This document shows, piece by piece, positions 1-9,980 of a DNA stretch of 64,000 nt (position 1 is the first letter of the stretch; every line of letters starts with the position of its first letter). The translations under genes were made by a program, and so were the position numbers. A model generated the notes under the pieces. The model did no database searches, had not been told where the DNA came from, and saw nothing but the letters and a program-made list of their open reading frames with translations. The DNA is from Candidatus Beckwithbacteria bacterium GW2011_GWC1_49_16 (GTDB taxonomy: Bacteria > Patescibacteriota > Microgenomatia > UBA1400 > CG1-02-47-37): positions 777,280-841,279 of the forward strand of contig CP011210.1 in the NCBI GenBank assembly GCA_001029675.1. Reading direction: 5' to 3'.

Positions 1-2
1 TC

Positions 3-197
3 AAGACGGTGGCGATTGAAGACGGAGTGATTTATGAGCTGACCACGCCGGCCAGCGAGCCTTTTTGGGAACAGACCCAGAAGATGATTTTAAACAGTTT
101 TGGGTTTAGCACCGAGGCGGAGGCGGTGGAACCGCCAACACCAGAGGCAGAAGAAAACGGCGAGGTAATTTTGTTAGATGAGGCAGTGGTCGAATAA
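3..197 (+). CDS. 3' end of a hypothetical protein, truncated by the window edge
   Basis: Frame is open from position 3 to the stop at 197; acidic C-terminal tail; next gene starts 2 nt later. Confidence 0.6.
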   Translation, partial: KTVAIEDGVIYELTTPASEPFWEQTQKMILNSFGFSTEAEAVEPPTPEAEENGEVILLDEAVVE

Positions 198-199
198 AT

Positions 200-2632
200 A
201 TGCTTTTTTGGTATACCCGGGGCTTTAAATGGTTTGGCCGGTTTTTTAAAAACCTGGTGATCTTTTTGGATAACAAGCTGGCGGTGACCTTGATGGTCAA
301 CCTGTGGCTGACTCCCCTGTTTCACGATACCAGCATCATTGGCAGACTTTTAAGTTTTATCTACCGAACTTTGAGGATTGCCGTCGGGTCGGTGTTTATG
401 CTGGCGGCAATCTCGGCCATGGGATTTTGGCTTTTGGTCTGGCTGGTCTTACCCTGGACTTTGCTGGTTTATAACTTGACCTGGGGGCTGGTGGTGGTCG
501 GGGCGATGCTGGCCGGAGATGGAGTTAGATACATAAAACAGCCAAGAAAACCGCTGGACTTTCTGGAGACAGATACCAAAAAGGCAGCCAGGCTGGCCAA
601 GTTTAACAGCGGCCGGCTGTTGCCCCTGATGCTCGGTGACCCCGAGGCGGCCAAGATGCTTGAACGCTTAGAAATTTTGCCCGAGGGCTTAAAACAGATA
701 AAGATACTGCCGGTGTTTAACGAGTGGCTGAAGCTGGCGGCCGATGAGGTTGGCGGCCTAGGAAGAGTCAAGATAACCTTGAGCGATTTTTTGCTGGCGC
801 TTTTGAAACAAGACAGGTTTCGCTACGAGGAAGCAAAATTGACCTTGGCTTGGCTTGAGCAACAAAAAATCTGGGCTAAGACGCCGTTCCTATGGGATAA
901 GGAATACCTAATCCGCCCGATCGGTGGGGTCAATCGGGGTTTGACGGGGCTGCCGACGCCGACTTTGGATAAATACGGTACCGACTTAACCCAAGAGGCC
1001 CAAAAACGCCAGATAAATGAAGTCATCGGCAAAGATAACCAGCTTGATGAAATCAGTAAAATCTTGTCGCGGAGCCAACAGAACAATGTTTTGGTGGTGG
1101 GCGAGGCCGGCAGCGGCAAAACCAGTTTGATCCATGGTTTGGCCCAAGAAATTGTCCGGGGGGTGAGGGCGAAAAGCTTGAGGTTTAAACGCTTGGTACT
1201 TCTGTCCCCCACAAAGCTTGCCGCCGGGGCCAATAGCGCGGAATTAAATCACCGCATCAGCCAAATTATCGAGGAGATCAAGGCCGCCGAAAATATAATT
1301 TTGGCGGTAGACGGAGTCCATAATCTATCAAGCCTAAACCAAGATTTGCCGGAAACCAGTGACCTGTTTATTGCCTTGGAGCCGCCGCTGTCTGCCGGAG
1401 AGTTCCAGTTTATCGGCACCACCACGGCGCAAAACTACAAAAAATACCTTGAACCCAACGAGGCTTTTGCCAGGCTGTTTGAAACGGTAGAGCTGCCGGA
1501 AGCAGACCGGGAGAAAACTTTTAAGATTTTATCTTATACTGCTTGGCAAATGGAGCGTAAGACGGGGGTAGAAATTACTACTATATGTCTTAAGACCATC
1601 ATTGATCTTTCCGGACAACTGATTCACGACCGGGTCTTTCCGGACAAGGCGGTAAGGATTTTGGATGAGGTGGTGGCCCAAGTAACGGCTAAAGAAGAAA
1701 AATTGGTCAACTCCGCCGAGGCTTTAAAGCTCATTTCCCAAAAAACCAAGGTGCCGGTGAGTCAGATAACCAAGAAAGAAACTGAACTTTTATTGAACCT
1801 GGAAGCCAAACTCCATCAACGGGTGGTGGGGCAGGAGGCGGCGATCAAGGCAGTGGCCGACGCCATCAGGCGCGCCCGGACCGGGCTTAAGGATCCTGAC
1901 AAACCGATTGCCAGCTTTATGTTTGCCGGGCCGACCGGGGTGGGTAAAACCGAGACGGCCAAAACCCTGGCGGAAGAATTTTTTGGCTCGGAAAAACTGA
2001 TGATCCGCCTGGACATGAGCGAGTTCCAGACGGTGGACAGTGTCAACAGACTTATCGGGGCGCCGCCGGGGCGAGGAGCAGACGCCGGGGGGCAGTTGAC
2101 CGAAGCGGTCAGACACCAACCCTACACCCTGGTGTTGCTCGATGAGATCGAGAAAGCTCACGAAAAAATCCTCAATTTGTTTTTGCAGGTTTTAGACGAC
2201 GCCAGGCTGTCTGACAGTTCCGGCCGGGTGGTAGATTTTGCCAACACCATCATTATTGCCACCACTAATGTCGGTACCGGCAAAGCCAACGTCATGGAGG
2301 CGATTGAAAAGCATTTCCCGCCCGAGTGGTTAAACCGGTTTAGCGGCATCATCGTCTTTGAAAGCTTGAAGGCTAGTGAGGTAGAGGCGGTAGTAAAGTT
2401 AAAGCTTGCTGGCTTGCGAGCGGAACTTGCCAAACAAGAAATCGAGATTAACTTTGATCCCAGCCTGGTAAAAAAGCTGTCCCAAGAGGGATTTTCGCCT
2501 AAATGGGGCGGGCGGCAGATCGAGCGGGTAATCCAGGAAAAGGTGGCCAACGCTATCTCGAAAATGATTCTGACCGGAAAGGTAGTTAAGCGCCAGCCGA
2601 TTGAACTGACTGATGAGATTTTGAGGCAATAA
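200..2632 (+). CDS. Membrane-anchored ClpA/ClpB-family AAA+ ATPase with degenerate NBD1
   Basis: Two Walker A motifs (GEAGSGKT, GPTGVGKT), RLDMSEF, LLDEIEKAH, DRVFPDKA; hydrophobic N-terminal ~110 aa. Confidence 0.9.
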   Translation: MLFWYTRGFKWFGRFFKNLVIFLDNKLAVTLMVNLWLTPLFHDTSIIGRLLSFIYRTLRIAVGSVFMLAAISAMGFWLLVWLVLPWTLLVYNLTWGLVVVGAMLAGDGVRYIKQPRKPLDFLETDTKKAARLAKFNSGRLLPLMLGDPEAAKMLERLEILPEGLKQIKILPVFNEWLKLAADEVGGLGRVKITLSDFLLALLKQDRFRYEEAKLTLAWLEQQKIWAKTPFLWDKEYLIRPIGGVNRGLTGLPTPTLDKYGTDLTQEAQKRQINEVIGKDNQLDEISKILSRSQQNNVLVVGEAGSGKTSLIHGLAQEIVRGVRAKSLRFKRLVLLSPTKLAAGANSAELNHRISQIIEEIKAAENIILAVDGVHNLSSLNQDLPETSDLFIALEPPLSAGEFQFIGTTTAQNYKKYLEPNEAFARLFETVELPEADREKTFKILSYTAWQMERKTGVEITTICLKTIIDLSGQLIHDRVFPDKAVRILDEVVAQVTAKEEKLVNSAEALKLISQKTKVPVSQITKKETELLLNLEAKLHQRVVGQEAAIKAVADAIRRARTGLKDPDKPIASFMFAGPTGVGKTETAKTLAEEFFGSEKLMIRLDMSEFQTVDSVNRLIGAPPGRGADAGGQLTEAVRHQPYTLVLLDEIEKAHEKILNLFLQVLDDARLSDSSGRVVDFANTIIIATTNVGTGKANVMEAIEKHFPPEWLNRFSGIIVFESLKASEVEAVVKLKLAGLRAELAKQEIEINFDPSLVKKLSQEGFSPKWGGRQIERVIQEKVANAISKMILTGKVVKRQPIELTDEILRQ

Positions 2633-2633
2633 C

Positions 2634-3710
2634 ATGGAAGAGGTAAGAAGCTTAAAAAAACGCCTGGAAGAATTGATTGAAGCCGTGGGCTTAAAAGATA
2701 AAAGGGGCCGGGTCGAAGCGCTAAAGGCCGAAAGCCAGAGTCAGAGTTTTTGGCAAAACCAGGAGGAGGCGCAAAAGGTGATGCGGCAGCTTAGCCAATT
2801 GAACGAAGAGGTGGATAAAATTGACACCTTAAAAAAGAAAATTGACACCCTGGAAGAGCTTTTAAAAGAAGAAGGTGACGGTCAAGAATCGGTGCTGACC
2901 CGCGAGATTGCCGAGATAGAAAAGGAGCTAACCGGTTTGGAGTCGGCCAAGTTTTTGTCCGGGCCTTATGACGCCGGCGATGCCATTTTGTCGCTCCACG
3001 CCGGCCAAGGGGGAACCGAAGCGATGGACTGGACGGCGATGTTAACGAGGATGTATAGCCGTTGGGCGGAGGGGAAAAACTATAAGGTGGAGAAAGTAAG
3101 CGAGAGGCCGGGAGAGGAAGCAGGGATTAAAAGCGTCACTTTAACCATCGAAGGGCGCTACGCTTACGGCTACCTTAAAAGAGAAAGGGGCACCCATAGG
3201 CTGGTGAGGCAATCCCCTTTTAACGCCGACAATTTACGACAAACCTCGTTTGCTTTGGTGGAGGTGCTGCCGGTTCTTGAGAACTTAACCGAAGTGGAAA
3301 TTAAGTCCGACGATCTTCAAATTGAGTTTTTTCGCTCTTCCGGATCCGGAGGGCAAAACGTCAACAAGGTGGCGACCGCGGTGAGGCTAAAGCACTTACC
3401 CACCGGGATCACGGTAGAAGCTCAAACTCAACGGTACCAGGAACAAAACCGAAAAACGGCGCTAAAGATTTTGGCGGCTAAACTCTGGGAAATAGAACAG
3501 GAGAAAAGGCGGGAAAAGATCGACGAGCTGAAAGGAGAACACCAATCGGCTTCTTGGGGAAGGCAAATCAGGTCTTATGTGCTGCACCCTTATAAACAGG
3601 TAAAAGATTTAAGAACCAATTATACCGCCACCGACCCGGAAGCGGTGCTTGACGGAGCGATCGACGGCTTTATCGAAGCCGAGTTGAAACTTGATCTAGA
3701 CAAGCAGTAA
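2634..3710 (+). CDS. prfB: Peptide chain release factor 2
   Basis: SPF tripeptide (RQSPFN), GGQ motif (SGGQNVNK), WGRQIRSYVLHPY; continuous ORF. Confidence 0.97.
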   Translation: MEEVRSLKKRLEELIEAVGLKDKRGRVEALKAESQSQSFWQNQEEAQKVMRQLSQLNEEVDKIDTLKKKIDTLEELLKEEGDGQESVLTREIAEIEKELTGLESAKFLSGPYDAGDAILSLHAGQGGTEAMDWTAMLTRMYSRWAEGKNYKVEKVSERPGEEAGIKSVTLTIEGRYAYGYLKRERGTHRLVRQSPFNADNLRQTSFALVEVLPVLENLTEVEIKSDDLQIEFFRSSGSGGQNVNKVATAVRLKHLPTGITVEAQTQRYQEQNRKTALKILAAKLWEIEQEKRREKIDELKGEHQSASWGRQIRSYVLHPYKQVKDLRTNYTATDPEAVLDGAIDGFIEAELKLDLDKQ

Positions 3711-3730
3711 TATATGGTATTATTAAAAGT

Positions 3731-4231
3731 ATGGCCGATGTCAAACCTTTAAATCTTGATACTGATGCTGCCACGGAAATGCCCGAGGCAAAAAAAGCCA
3801 AACCGATTATGCCGGGGCAAAAATTAGCGGTCAAGAAAGTGGGCGGAGTGGTTTTGGGCCTGGTGCTTTTAGGAGTAGCCAGCGGTTATGGGTTGAGCCG
3901 GGTAACCAGTGAGACAGGAGGCATTGGCGGCGCGGGCTTGAAGCGGACGGTAGAAGAGAGCGAGATCACCCAAGGCACCATGGTCGGGGTCAAAGATGAA
4001 AAGGCCTTTCGCGATACCGCCGAAGGGGCTTTGGTGGCCGGGGGTATTGACGGCGAAGGGTCGCACCACCTGGAGCGTGAAGGCGGCGAGTCGCAAAACG
4101 TTTATTTAACCTCGTCAATTATCGATCTGGATCAGTTCGTCGGGCGAAAAGTGAAAGTGTGGGGAGAAACTTTCGACGCCAGAAAAGCCGGCTGGTTGAT
4201 GGATGTCGGGCGGCTTGAAGTTTTAGAATGA
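3731..4231 (+). CDS. Hypothetical single-pass membrane protein
   Basis: 166-aa ORF with one hydrophobic segment; ATGA overlap with ftsE. Confidence 0.75.
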   Translation: MADVKPLNLDTDAATEMPEAKKAKPIMPGQKLAVKKVGGVVLGLVLLGVASGYGLSRVTSETGGIGGAGLKRTVEESEITQGTMVGVKDEKAFRDTAEGALVAGGIDGEGSHHLEREGGESQNVYLTSSIIDLDQFVGRKVKVWGETFDARKAGWLMDVGRLEVLE

Positions 4232-4905
4232 TTATTTTTCAAAAAGTTTCCAAAAGCTTTCCCGACGGAACGCTGGCTTTAGACAAGGCTTCGTTTCAGA
4301 TTAACAAAAAAGAGTTTGTTTTTTTTATCGGCCCCTCGGGTGCGGGCAAAACCACGGTGATGAGGCTGTTGCGTAAAGAACTAACGCCGACCTCGGGGTC
4401 GATCGTAGTCATGGATAAGAATTTAACTGACACTGAAGATGATCAAGTGCCTTTTTTGCGGCGCGACGTGGGCATGTGCTACCAAGACTTTAAATTACTC
4501 TCCGACCGGACAGTTTACGAGAATGTCGCCCTGGCGCTCGAAATCACCGGCATGGAGAGAGAGAAAATTGAGAAACGGGTGGCGGAGGTGTTAAAGAACG
4601 TCGGGCTGAGTAAAAAGGCCAACTTTTTCCCGATTCAGATTTCCGGGGGCGAGCTGCAGCGGGTGGGGATTGCCCGGGCTTTGGCGCCTGATCCGAAAAT
4701 CCTGATTGCCGACGAGCCGACGGGGAACTTAGACCCGGAATCGGGCTGGGAGATTATCAAGCTTTTCAAAGAAATCAATCTTGCCGGCACGACGGTGTTG
4801 GTCGCCACCCACAACGCGGAGGTGGTGGATAAATTCAAGGAACGGGTAATAAAGCTTGAAGACGGCAAAATCGTCAGCGATAAAAAGAAAGGCGAGTATA
4901 AATGA
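4228..4905 (+). CDS. ftsE: Cell division ABC ATPase FtsE
   Basis: GPSGAGKTT, ISGGELQR, ADEPTGNLD; directly upstream of ftsX. Confidence 0.93.
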   Translation: MIIFQKVSKSFPDGTLALDKASFQINKKEFVFFIGPSGAGKTTVMRLLRKELTPTSGSIVVMDKNLTDTEDDQVPFLRRDVGMCYQDFKLLSDRTVYENVALALEITGMEREKIEKRVAEVLKNVGLSKKANFFPIQISGGELQRVGIARALAPDPKILIADEPTGNLDPESGWEIIKLFKEINLAGTTVLVATHNAEVVDKFKERVIKLEDGKIVSDKKKGEYK

Positions 4906-5777
4906 ACATTCTGCAAAAAACCTACAAGCAGGCCCGGCGTAGCCCGTTTCAAGGACTGGCGGCGGTGATGATTACCACTTTGACCTTTTTGGTAATATCG
5001 GTTTTCAGCTTAATCTCTTATGGCTCGATCAAGATTTTGGAGTATTTTGAATCGGCGCCGCAAGTGATTGCTTTTTTTGAACCGGGCAAGGATTTGACCG
5101 AAGTGGAGATTGCCAACATCAGGGCGCAACTGGATAAAACCGGCAAGCTCAAAGACTTTCGCTATGTCTCCACCAACGAGGCCGAGGCTATTTACAAAGA
5201 GAAAAACAAAGACAATCCCCTGCTACTCGAGCTGGTAGACGCCAGTATTTTACCGGCGTCGATCGAGATCTCGGCTGGTGAGTTGAAAAACCTGGTGGAG
5301 CTCAAGGGAGTTTTGGAAACCCAGGAAGGGGTGGACGACGTGGTTTATTACGAGGACATCGTTAACTCGCTCTCCAGCTGGATTAACAGCGTCAAAATTA
5401 TGGGGGGAGCGGCGATTGCCTATCTGGTGATCGAGTCGGTGCTGGTGATTTTGGTGATTATTGCCCTGCAGATTGCCGCCCGGCGCGAAGAAATTGAAAT
5501 TTTGAAGCTGATCGGCGCTACCACCTGGTTTATCCGCCAGCCGTTTGTGGTCACCGGCATGGCCTATGGTTTAATCGGCGGTTTTTTGGCCTGGAGTGTC
5601 AGCTACCTGATGCTACTCTATTCGACGCCATTTTTGGCTAACTGGCTCCAGGATATTCCGCTGTTGCCGGTGTCTTTCTGGTTTATGCTGGCTTTGTTAG
5701 CCGGCGAGCTGGTCTTGGGAATTTTGATCGGGGCGGTGGGGAGTTTGATCGCCACCCGCAGGTTTTTGAAAATCTGA
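4902..5777 (+). CDS. ftsX: Cell division permease FtsX
   Basis: Four TM segments, RREEIEILKLIGAT...FIRQPF motif. Confidence 0.93.
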   Translation: MNILQKTYKQARRSPFQGLAAVMITTLTFLVISVFSLISYGSIKILEYFESAPQVIAFFEPGKDLTEVEIANIRAQLDKTGKLKDFRYVSTNEAEAIYKEKNKDNPLLLELVDASILPASIEISAGELKNLVELKGVLETQEGVDDVVYYEDIVNSLSSWINSVKIMGGAAIAYLVIESVLVILVIIALQIAARREEIEILKLIGATTWFIRQPFVVTGMAYGLIGGFLAWSVSYLMLLYSTPFLANWLQDIPLLPVSFWFMLALLAGELVLGILIGAVGSLIATRRFLKI

Positions 5778-5791
5778 TAGACTTTAAGGGT

Positions 5792-6958
5792 ATGGTGAAA
5801 AGGCTGCTGTTGATTTTAGTGGTGGTTTTTGGCTTGGCCGTCGTACCGCTTGTGGCACAAAGCTCAAATGACGAATGCATTAATAAATCGGTTGAAGAAA
5901 AAGTCACCTGTTACGAAGCCAAGCTCCAAGAAAATCGAGGACAACAAAAAACTTTGGCCAGCACGATCGCTTATCTTGACAACCGTATTGCTCTAACTCA
6001 GTCCCAAATCGCCAAAACGGAAAATGACATCAAAATCCTTGAAGAAGAGATAGCCACCCTTGGCGTTAAAATCAATCGTCTTGATGTAAGCCTAGATGAA
6101 ATTTCCAACCTTTTGATAGCCAGAATCGGTGAATCGTATAAAAGGTCACTCTTTAGTCCTCACTATAACCTTCTGGCAGTTGGCGGATTAACTGACTATT
6201 TAGAAAGAAATCAATATCTTAAGATAGCGCAGCAAAACGACCGCAAAGTGCTTTTAGAGCTTCAGGGCGCAAGAGATACAACTCAACTCCAAAAAGACTT
6301 AAAAGAGCAAAAACAACTTGAGCTGGAAGAATTAACTCTCCAGCTGGCTAACCAGAATCGAGATTTAGCCCAACAGAAAAGCAGTAAGGGCGATCTTTTG
6401 GCACAGACTAAAAACGATGAAAGAGTTTATCAGCAGTTGTTAGCTACTGCTCGGGCAGAATACCAAGCAATTCAAGCAATCGTTGCCCTTAAGGGCCAAG
6501 AAACTGAAGTGAGGCATGTTAGTGAAGGTGAAAAAATAGCTACTGTTATTCAAGGGGCTTCCTGCAATTCCACCGGAACACACGTACACTTTATTATCAG
6601 CGAGAACGGTGTCAGTAAAAATCCTTTTAGCTACTTAAGCAGCAACATTAGTTATACCAACTACTCCGGCGGGGATGCTTTTAACCCATCGGGAAGTTGG
6701 CGCTGGCCAATTGAACCACACATCAGATTTAATCAGGGTTATGGTGTGACGTGGTTTGTTCAAACCTATGGTTGGTACCCATTCCATAATGGCATTGATA
6801 TCACTAGCGAATCTTCAAACGACATCAAGGCGGTAAAGGCAGGAACTTTGTATAATGGTAGCTATTCAGGAAGCGGCGGCTGTACCCTCCCCTATGTTCG
6901 CGTCGATCACGACGAGAATAATTTGGACACTTTTTACCTGCACGTTTTTTCTAGTTAA
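5792..6958 (+). CDS. Coiled-coil M23/LytM-family peptidoglycan hydrolase (EnvC/CwlO-like FtsEX partner)
   Basis: Signal peptide, long coiled coil, STGTHVHF and HNGID motifs; follows ftsEX. Confidence 0.85.
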   Translation: MVKRLLLILVVVFGLAVVPLVAQSSNDECINKSVEEKVTCYEAKLQENRGQQKTLASTIAYLDNRIALTQSQIAKTENDIKILEEEIATLGVKINRLDVSLDEISNLLIARIGESYKRSLFSPHYNLLAVGGLTDYLERNQYLKIAQQNDRKVLLELQGARDTTQLQKDLKEQKQLELEELTLQLANQNRDLAQQKSSKGDLLAQTKNDERVYQQLLATARAEYQAIQAIVALKGQETEVRHVSEGEKIATVIQGASCNSTGTHVHFIISENGVSKNPFSYLSSNISYTNYSGGDAFNPSGSWRWPIEPHIRFNQGYGVTWFVQTYGWYPFHNGIDITSESSNDIKAVKAGTLYNGSYSGSGGCTLPYVRVDHDENNLDTFYLHVFSS

Positions 6959-6964
6959 ATAAAA

Positions 6965-7780
6965 ATGCCTGCCCGAAAAATTTTCAAAAGCTTTGTTATT
7001 GGCGCCATCTCTGGCGCCTTATTTTTATTCGCCGCCGCGATCCCAACCCAGGCCCAAGTAAAACTCAACGAGATTTTTGCCAACCCTGTGGACGAAAATG
7101 ACGAGTTTATTGAACTCTACAATACTGGCGATCAACCGGTAACCCTGACCGGCTATAAAGTCAACGACTTGGTCAAAACCTATGTTTTACCAGAGGCTAC
7201 CATCAGCGCTAAAGGATTTTTTGTTGTTTTAACCCGACAAGTTTCTCCTCAGGTACAACTTAATAACACTACCGAAACAGTCACCTTAAAAGATGCTGCC
7301 GACAATACCGTCGACAGCTTCAGCTACGACGGTACCACTGAAAATACCTCGTTCTCCCGCTACCCAGACGGCACCGGAAGCTGGAACAGCCAAACCGCGG
7401 TTACCCAAAACGCGCCCAACCAGGAATCACCACCTTCCCCTTCCACCACTCCCGAAGACGACCAGGAGCCGTCGCCTTCGCCCAGCCCCTCGCTGGCGCT
7501 CGGGGTAAACCCATCGCCTTCTGCCTCGGCTAAGGCGTCGGTAAAACCATCTGCCAACGCCTCGCCTAGCGACAGCTTTGACTCGATGGCGATGCTTTTA
7601 TCGACCGAGTCCGGCGAGATTTTGGGGGCGACCGAGGCGGCCGAGGAAAATACAGAAGAGAAAAAGCCGACGAGCCCATATTTTGTCCCGGGAATTTTGG
7701 CGGTTTTGGGAGTAACACTTTTTGGCGGAGCCGGGGCGGTTTTATATAAACAATACCGAAGCGGTATAATTGAGAAATGA
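6965..7780 (+). CDS. Lamin-tail-domain surface protein with Pro/Ser linker and C-terminal TM anchor
   Basis: VKLNEIFANP..EFIELYN..LNNTTETVTL pattern, PSPSPS linker, C-terminal TM helix. Confidence 0.8.
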   Translation: MPARKIFKSFVIGAISGALFLFAAAIPTQAQVKLNEIFANPVDENDEFIELYNTGDQPVTLTGYKVNDLVKTYVLPEATISAKGFFVVLTRQVSPQVQLNNTTETVTLKDAADNTVDSFSYDGTTENTSFSRYPDGTGSWNSQTAVTQNAPNQESPPSPSTTPEDDQEPSPSPSPSLALGVNPSPSASAKASVKPSANASPSDSFDSMAMLLSTESGEILGATEAAEENTEEKKPTSPYFVPGILAVLGVTLFGGAGAVLYKQYRSGIIEK

Positions 7781-8145
7781 AGCTAAAGCAGTTTTTTATC
7801 CGCTGGTGGCCGGTTTTGGTCTGGTGCGGCTTGATTTTTATTGTTTCGGCGATGCCGATTAACAAATCCCAAGAATTTTCCTGGCTGGATTTTATCTTCA
7901 AAAAAACCGCCCACGTGACCGAATACGCTATTTTGTTCTGGCTGGTGTTTCGGGCGGCTTCGGACCGGGGCAGGCTTTATTCGAAAAAAATCTTTGTTTG
8001 GTCATTTGTTTTTTCGGTTTTGTACGCCTTCTCCGATGAGTGGCACCAGACTTTTGTGCCTGGGCGTGAAGGAACGCTGCGAGACGTGGGTTTTGATACT
8101 TTAGGGATTCTTTTTAGCTGGATTCAGGTGAAACGCTGGGTATGA
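7777..8145 (+). CDS. VanZ-like membrane protein
   Basis: KKTAHVTEYAIL, YAFSDEWHQTFVPGR. Confidence 0.88.
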   Translation: MKLKQFFIRWWPVLVWCGLIFIVSAMPINKSQEFSWLDFIFKKTAHVTEYAILFWLVFRAASDRGRLYSKKIFVWSFVFSVLYAFSDEWHQTFVPGREGTLRDVGFDTLGILFSWIQVKRWV

Positions 8146-9125
8146 GAGTCTTGGTCACCGGCGGTGCCGGCTACATCGGCTCGATCGTCTGTCGCCAGTT
8201 AACCCAAAAGGGTTTTGAAGTAGTGGTCTTGGACAGCCTGGAAAACGGCTCTCGCCAGGCGGCGGGCGGCTTGAAACTGGTTAAAGGCAAAACTCACGAC
8301 CAAGACTTGGTTAAAAAAACTTTGGCGCAAGAGAAGATCGAAGCAGTGATGCACTTCGCCGGCTACATTGCCATGGGCGAGTCGATGGAGAACCCAGCTA
8401 AATACTTTGACAACAATGTAGTGGGAGCGGTGGGGCTGTTTGAAGCCATGGCCGAAGCTGGCGTCACTAAAATAATTTTTTCTTCCACCGCCGGGGTTTA
8501 CGGCAATCCGGAACGGGTGCCGATCAAAGAAGAAGACTCTAAACTGCCGGAAAATCCCTACGGCGAGAGCAAGCTCATGGTAGAAAAAATGCTTGACTGG
8601 TATGACCGAATTCAGGGATTGCGCTCGATCAGCCTGCGCTATTTTAACGCCGCCGGCGCCGCTCTTGACGGCAGTTTGGGCGAAGCCCACCGGCCGGAGT
8701 CACACCTAATTCCCAACGTGATCCGGGCGGCGATGACTGGTGACGGCTTTAAACTTTACGGCAACGACTACCCCACCCCTGACGGCACTTGCATCAGAGA
8801 CTATATCCATGTTTTGGATCTGGCCGACGCCCATATTCTGGCCTTGAAAGCTTTGAGAGACGGCCACGAAACGGCGGTCTACAACGCCGGCACAGGCAAA
8901 GGCTATTCTAACCGGCAAGTGATCGACATGGTAGAAAAGGTGTCGGGTAAAAAGGTTAAGGTTGAAGTTCACCCCAGGAGGCCGGGAGACGCTAACGAAC
9001 TGGTAGCCGACTCAACTAAACTCCAAAAGGAATTTAACTGGAAGCCGAAATACTCGGACCTGAAAACGATCGTGGCCACTGCCTGGAAGTGGCACTCGAA
9101 ACATCCGGAGGGGTATTCGGGATGA
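8142..9125 (+). CDS. galE: UDP-glucose 4-epimerase
   Basis: VTGGAGYIGS, YGESK, LRYFNAAGA, DGTCIRDYIHV. Confidence 0.95.
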   Translation: MRVLVTGGAGYIGSIVCRQLTQKGFEVVVLDSLENGSRQAAGGLKLVKGKTHDQDLVKKTLAQEKIEAVMHFAGYIAMGESMENPAKYFDNNVVGAVGLFEAMAEAGVTKIIFSSTAGVYGNPERVPIKEEDSKLPENPYGESKLMVEKMLDWYDRIQGLRSISLRYFNAAGAALDGSLGEAHRPESHLIPNVIRAAMTGDGFKLYGNDYPTPDGTCIRDYIHVLDLADAHILALKALRDGHETAVYNAGTGKGYSNRQVIDMVEKVSGKKVKVEVHPRRPGDANELVADSTKLQKEFNWKPKYSDLKTIVATAWKWHSKHPEGYSG

Positions 9126-9961
9126 TCCCCTCTTGGTTTTGGCTGGCGGCTGGGGCCGGAATTATCGGCAATGGGTTTAATTTTGTTAACCGGTTCAGCC
9201 TGCGGGGACAACAGGATTCCACGGCTTATGCTTGGTGGTTTGAGTTTTTAAGGCTGGTGGTATTCGGGACTTTGGCCATGTTTAACTTTCAGCTGGCGGT
9301 GAGTTCTAAAAGTTTATCGATGCTTGTTTCCCTGGGTCTGGTAGAGCTGGTGGCAATTTATTTGTATATGAAGATGCACGCTTTTACAGAACTATCGCTG
9401 TCGGCAATCATAGTCAGGTTAAGGCAGGTGTGGGTACTACTGGTGGCTTGGGTGCTGATAGGCGAAAGGTTAAATTTTACTGGCTATTTGGGAATTTTGA
9501 TTATCTTTACGGGTTTGGCGTTGGCTTTGTGGCAAAAAAATTTTAAGCCGGGTAAAGGCCTTAAGTTGGCGCTGGCATTCTCCATTGTTTCGGCGGTGAT
9601 GTGGGCGTTAATGAAGGGAGGGGCAGAGTTTGTTTCGACGCCGGTGCTGATTATGTTTTTATCTTGGCCTTCAGTGGTATTTCTGCCGCTGGTTATGAAA
9701 AACCCTGCCGGAAGAATTGTTGCCTTATGGCGGCAAAAGGTAAAAAACCTGTTACTGTCTGTTGGTAGTGACGCGGTAACGCTGTATTTAATGGCCCAAG
9801 CTTTAAGGCAAGGTCCGGTGAGTAAGGTTTTATCCGTGTCGCAGGGTATGTTGGTGCTGGCGATTTTGGCGGGAATTTTGTTTTTGGGAGAAAAAGAGCG
9901 GGCGTGGCAGAAATTGTTAGGGGGCCTGATTACCGTGGGCGGGGTGTGGCTGTTAGTGTGA
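9122..9961 (+). CDS. EamA/DMT-family transporter
   Basis: About 10 TM segments with a repeated ...GE(R/K) half-domain; ATG at 9122 overlaps the galE stop. Confidence 0.82.
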   Translation: MIPSWFWLAAGAGIIGNGFNFVNRFSLRGQQDSTAYAWWFEFLRLVVFGTLAMFNFQLAVSSKSLSMLVSLGLVELVAIYLYMKMHAFTELSLSAIIVRLRQVWVLLVAWVLIGERLNFTGYLGILIIFTGLALALWQKNFKPGKGLKLALAFSIVSAVMWALMKGGAEFVSTPVLIMFLSWPSVVFLPLVMKNPAGRIVALWRQKVKNLLLSVGSDAVTLYLMAQALRQGPVSKVLSVSQGMLVLAILAGILFLGEKERAWQKLLGGLITVGGVWLLV

Positions 9962-9980
9962 TGTTAAAATATTTACCGGT

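Noticed and set aside
7425-7570. Low-complexity repeats in the lamin-tail protein
   Set aside because: Ordinary Pro/Ser linker with degenerate codons, not a DNA-level repeat element
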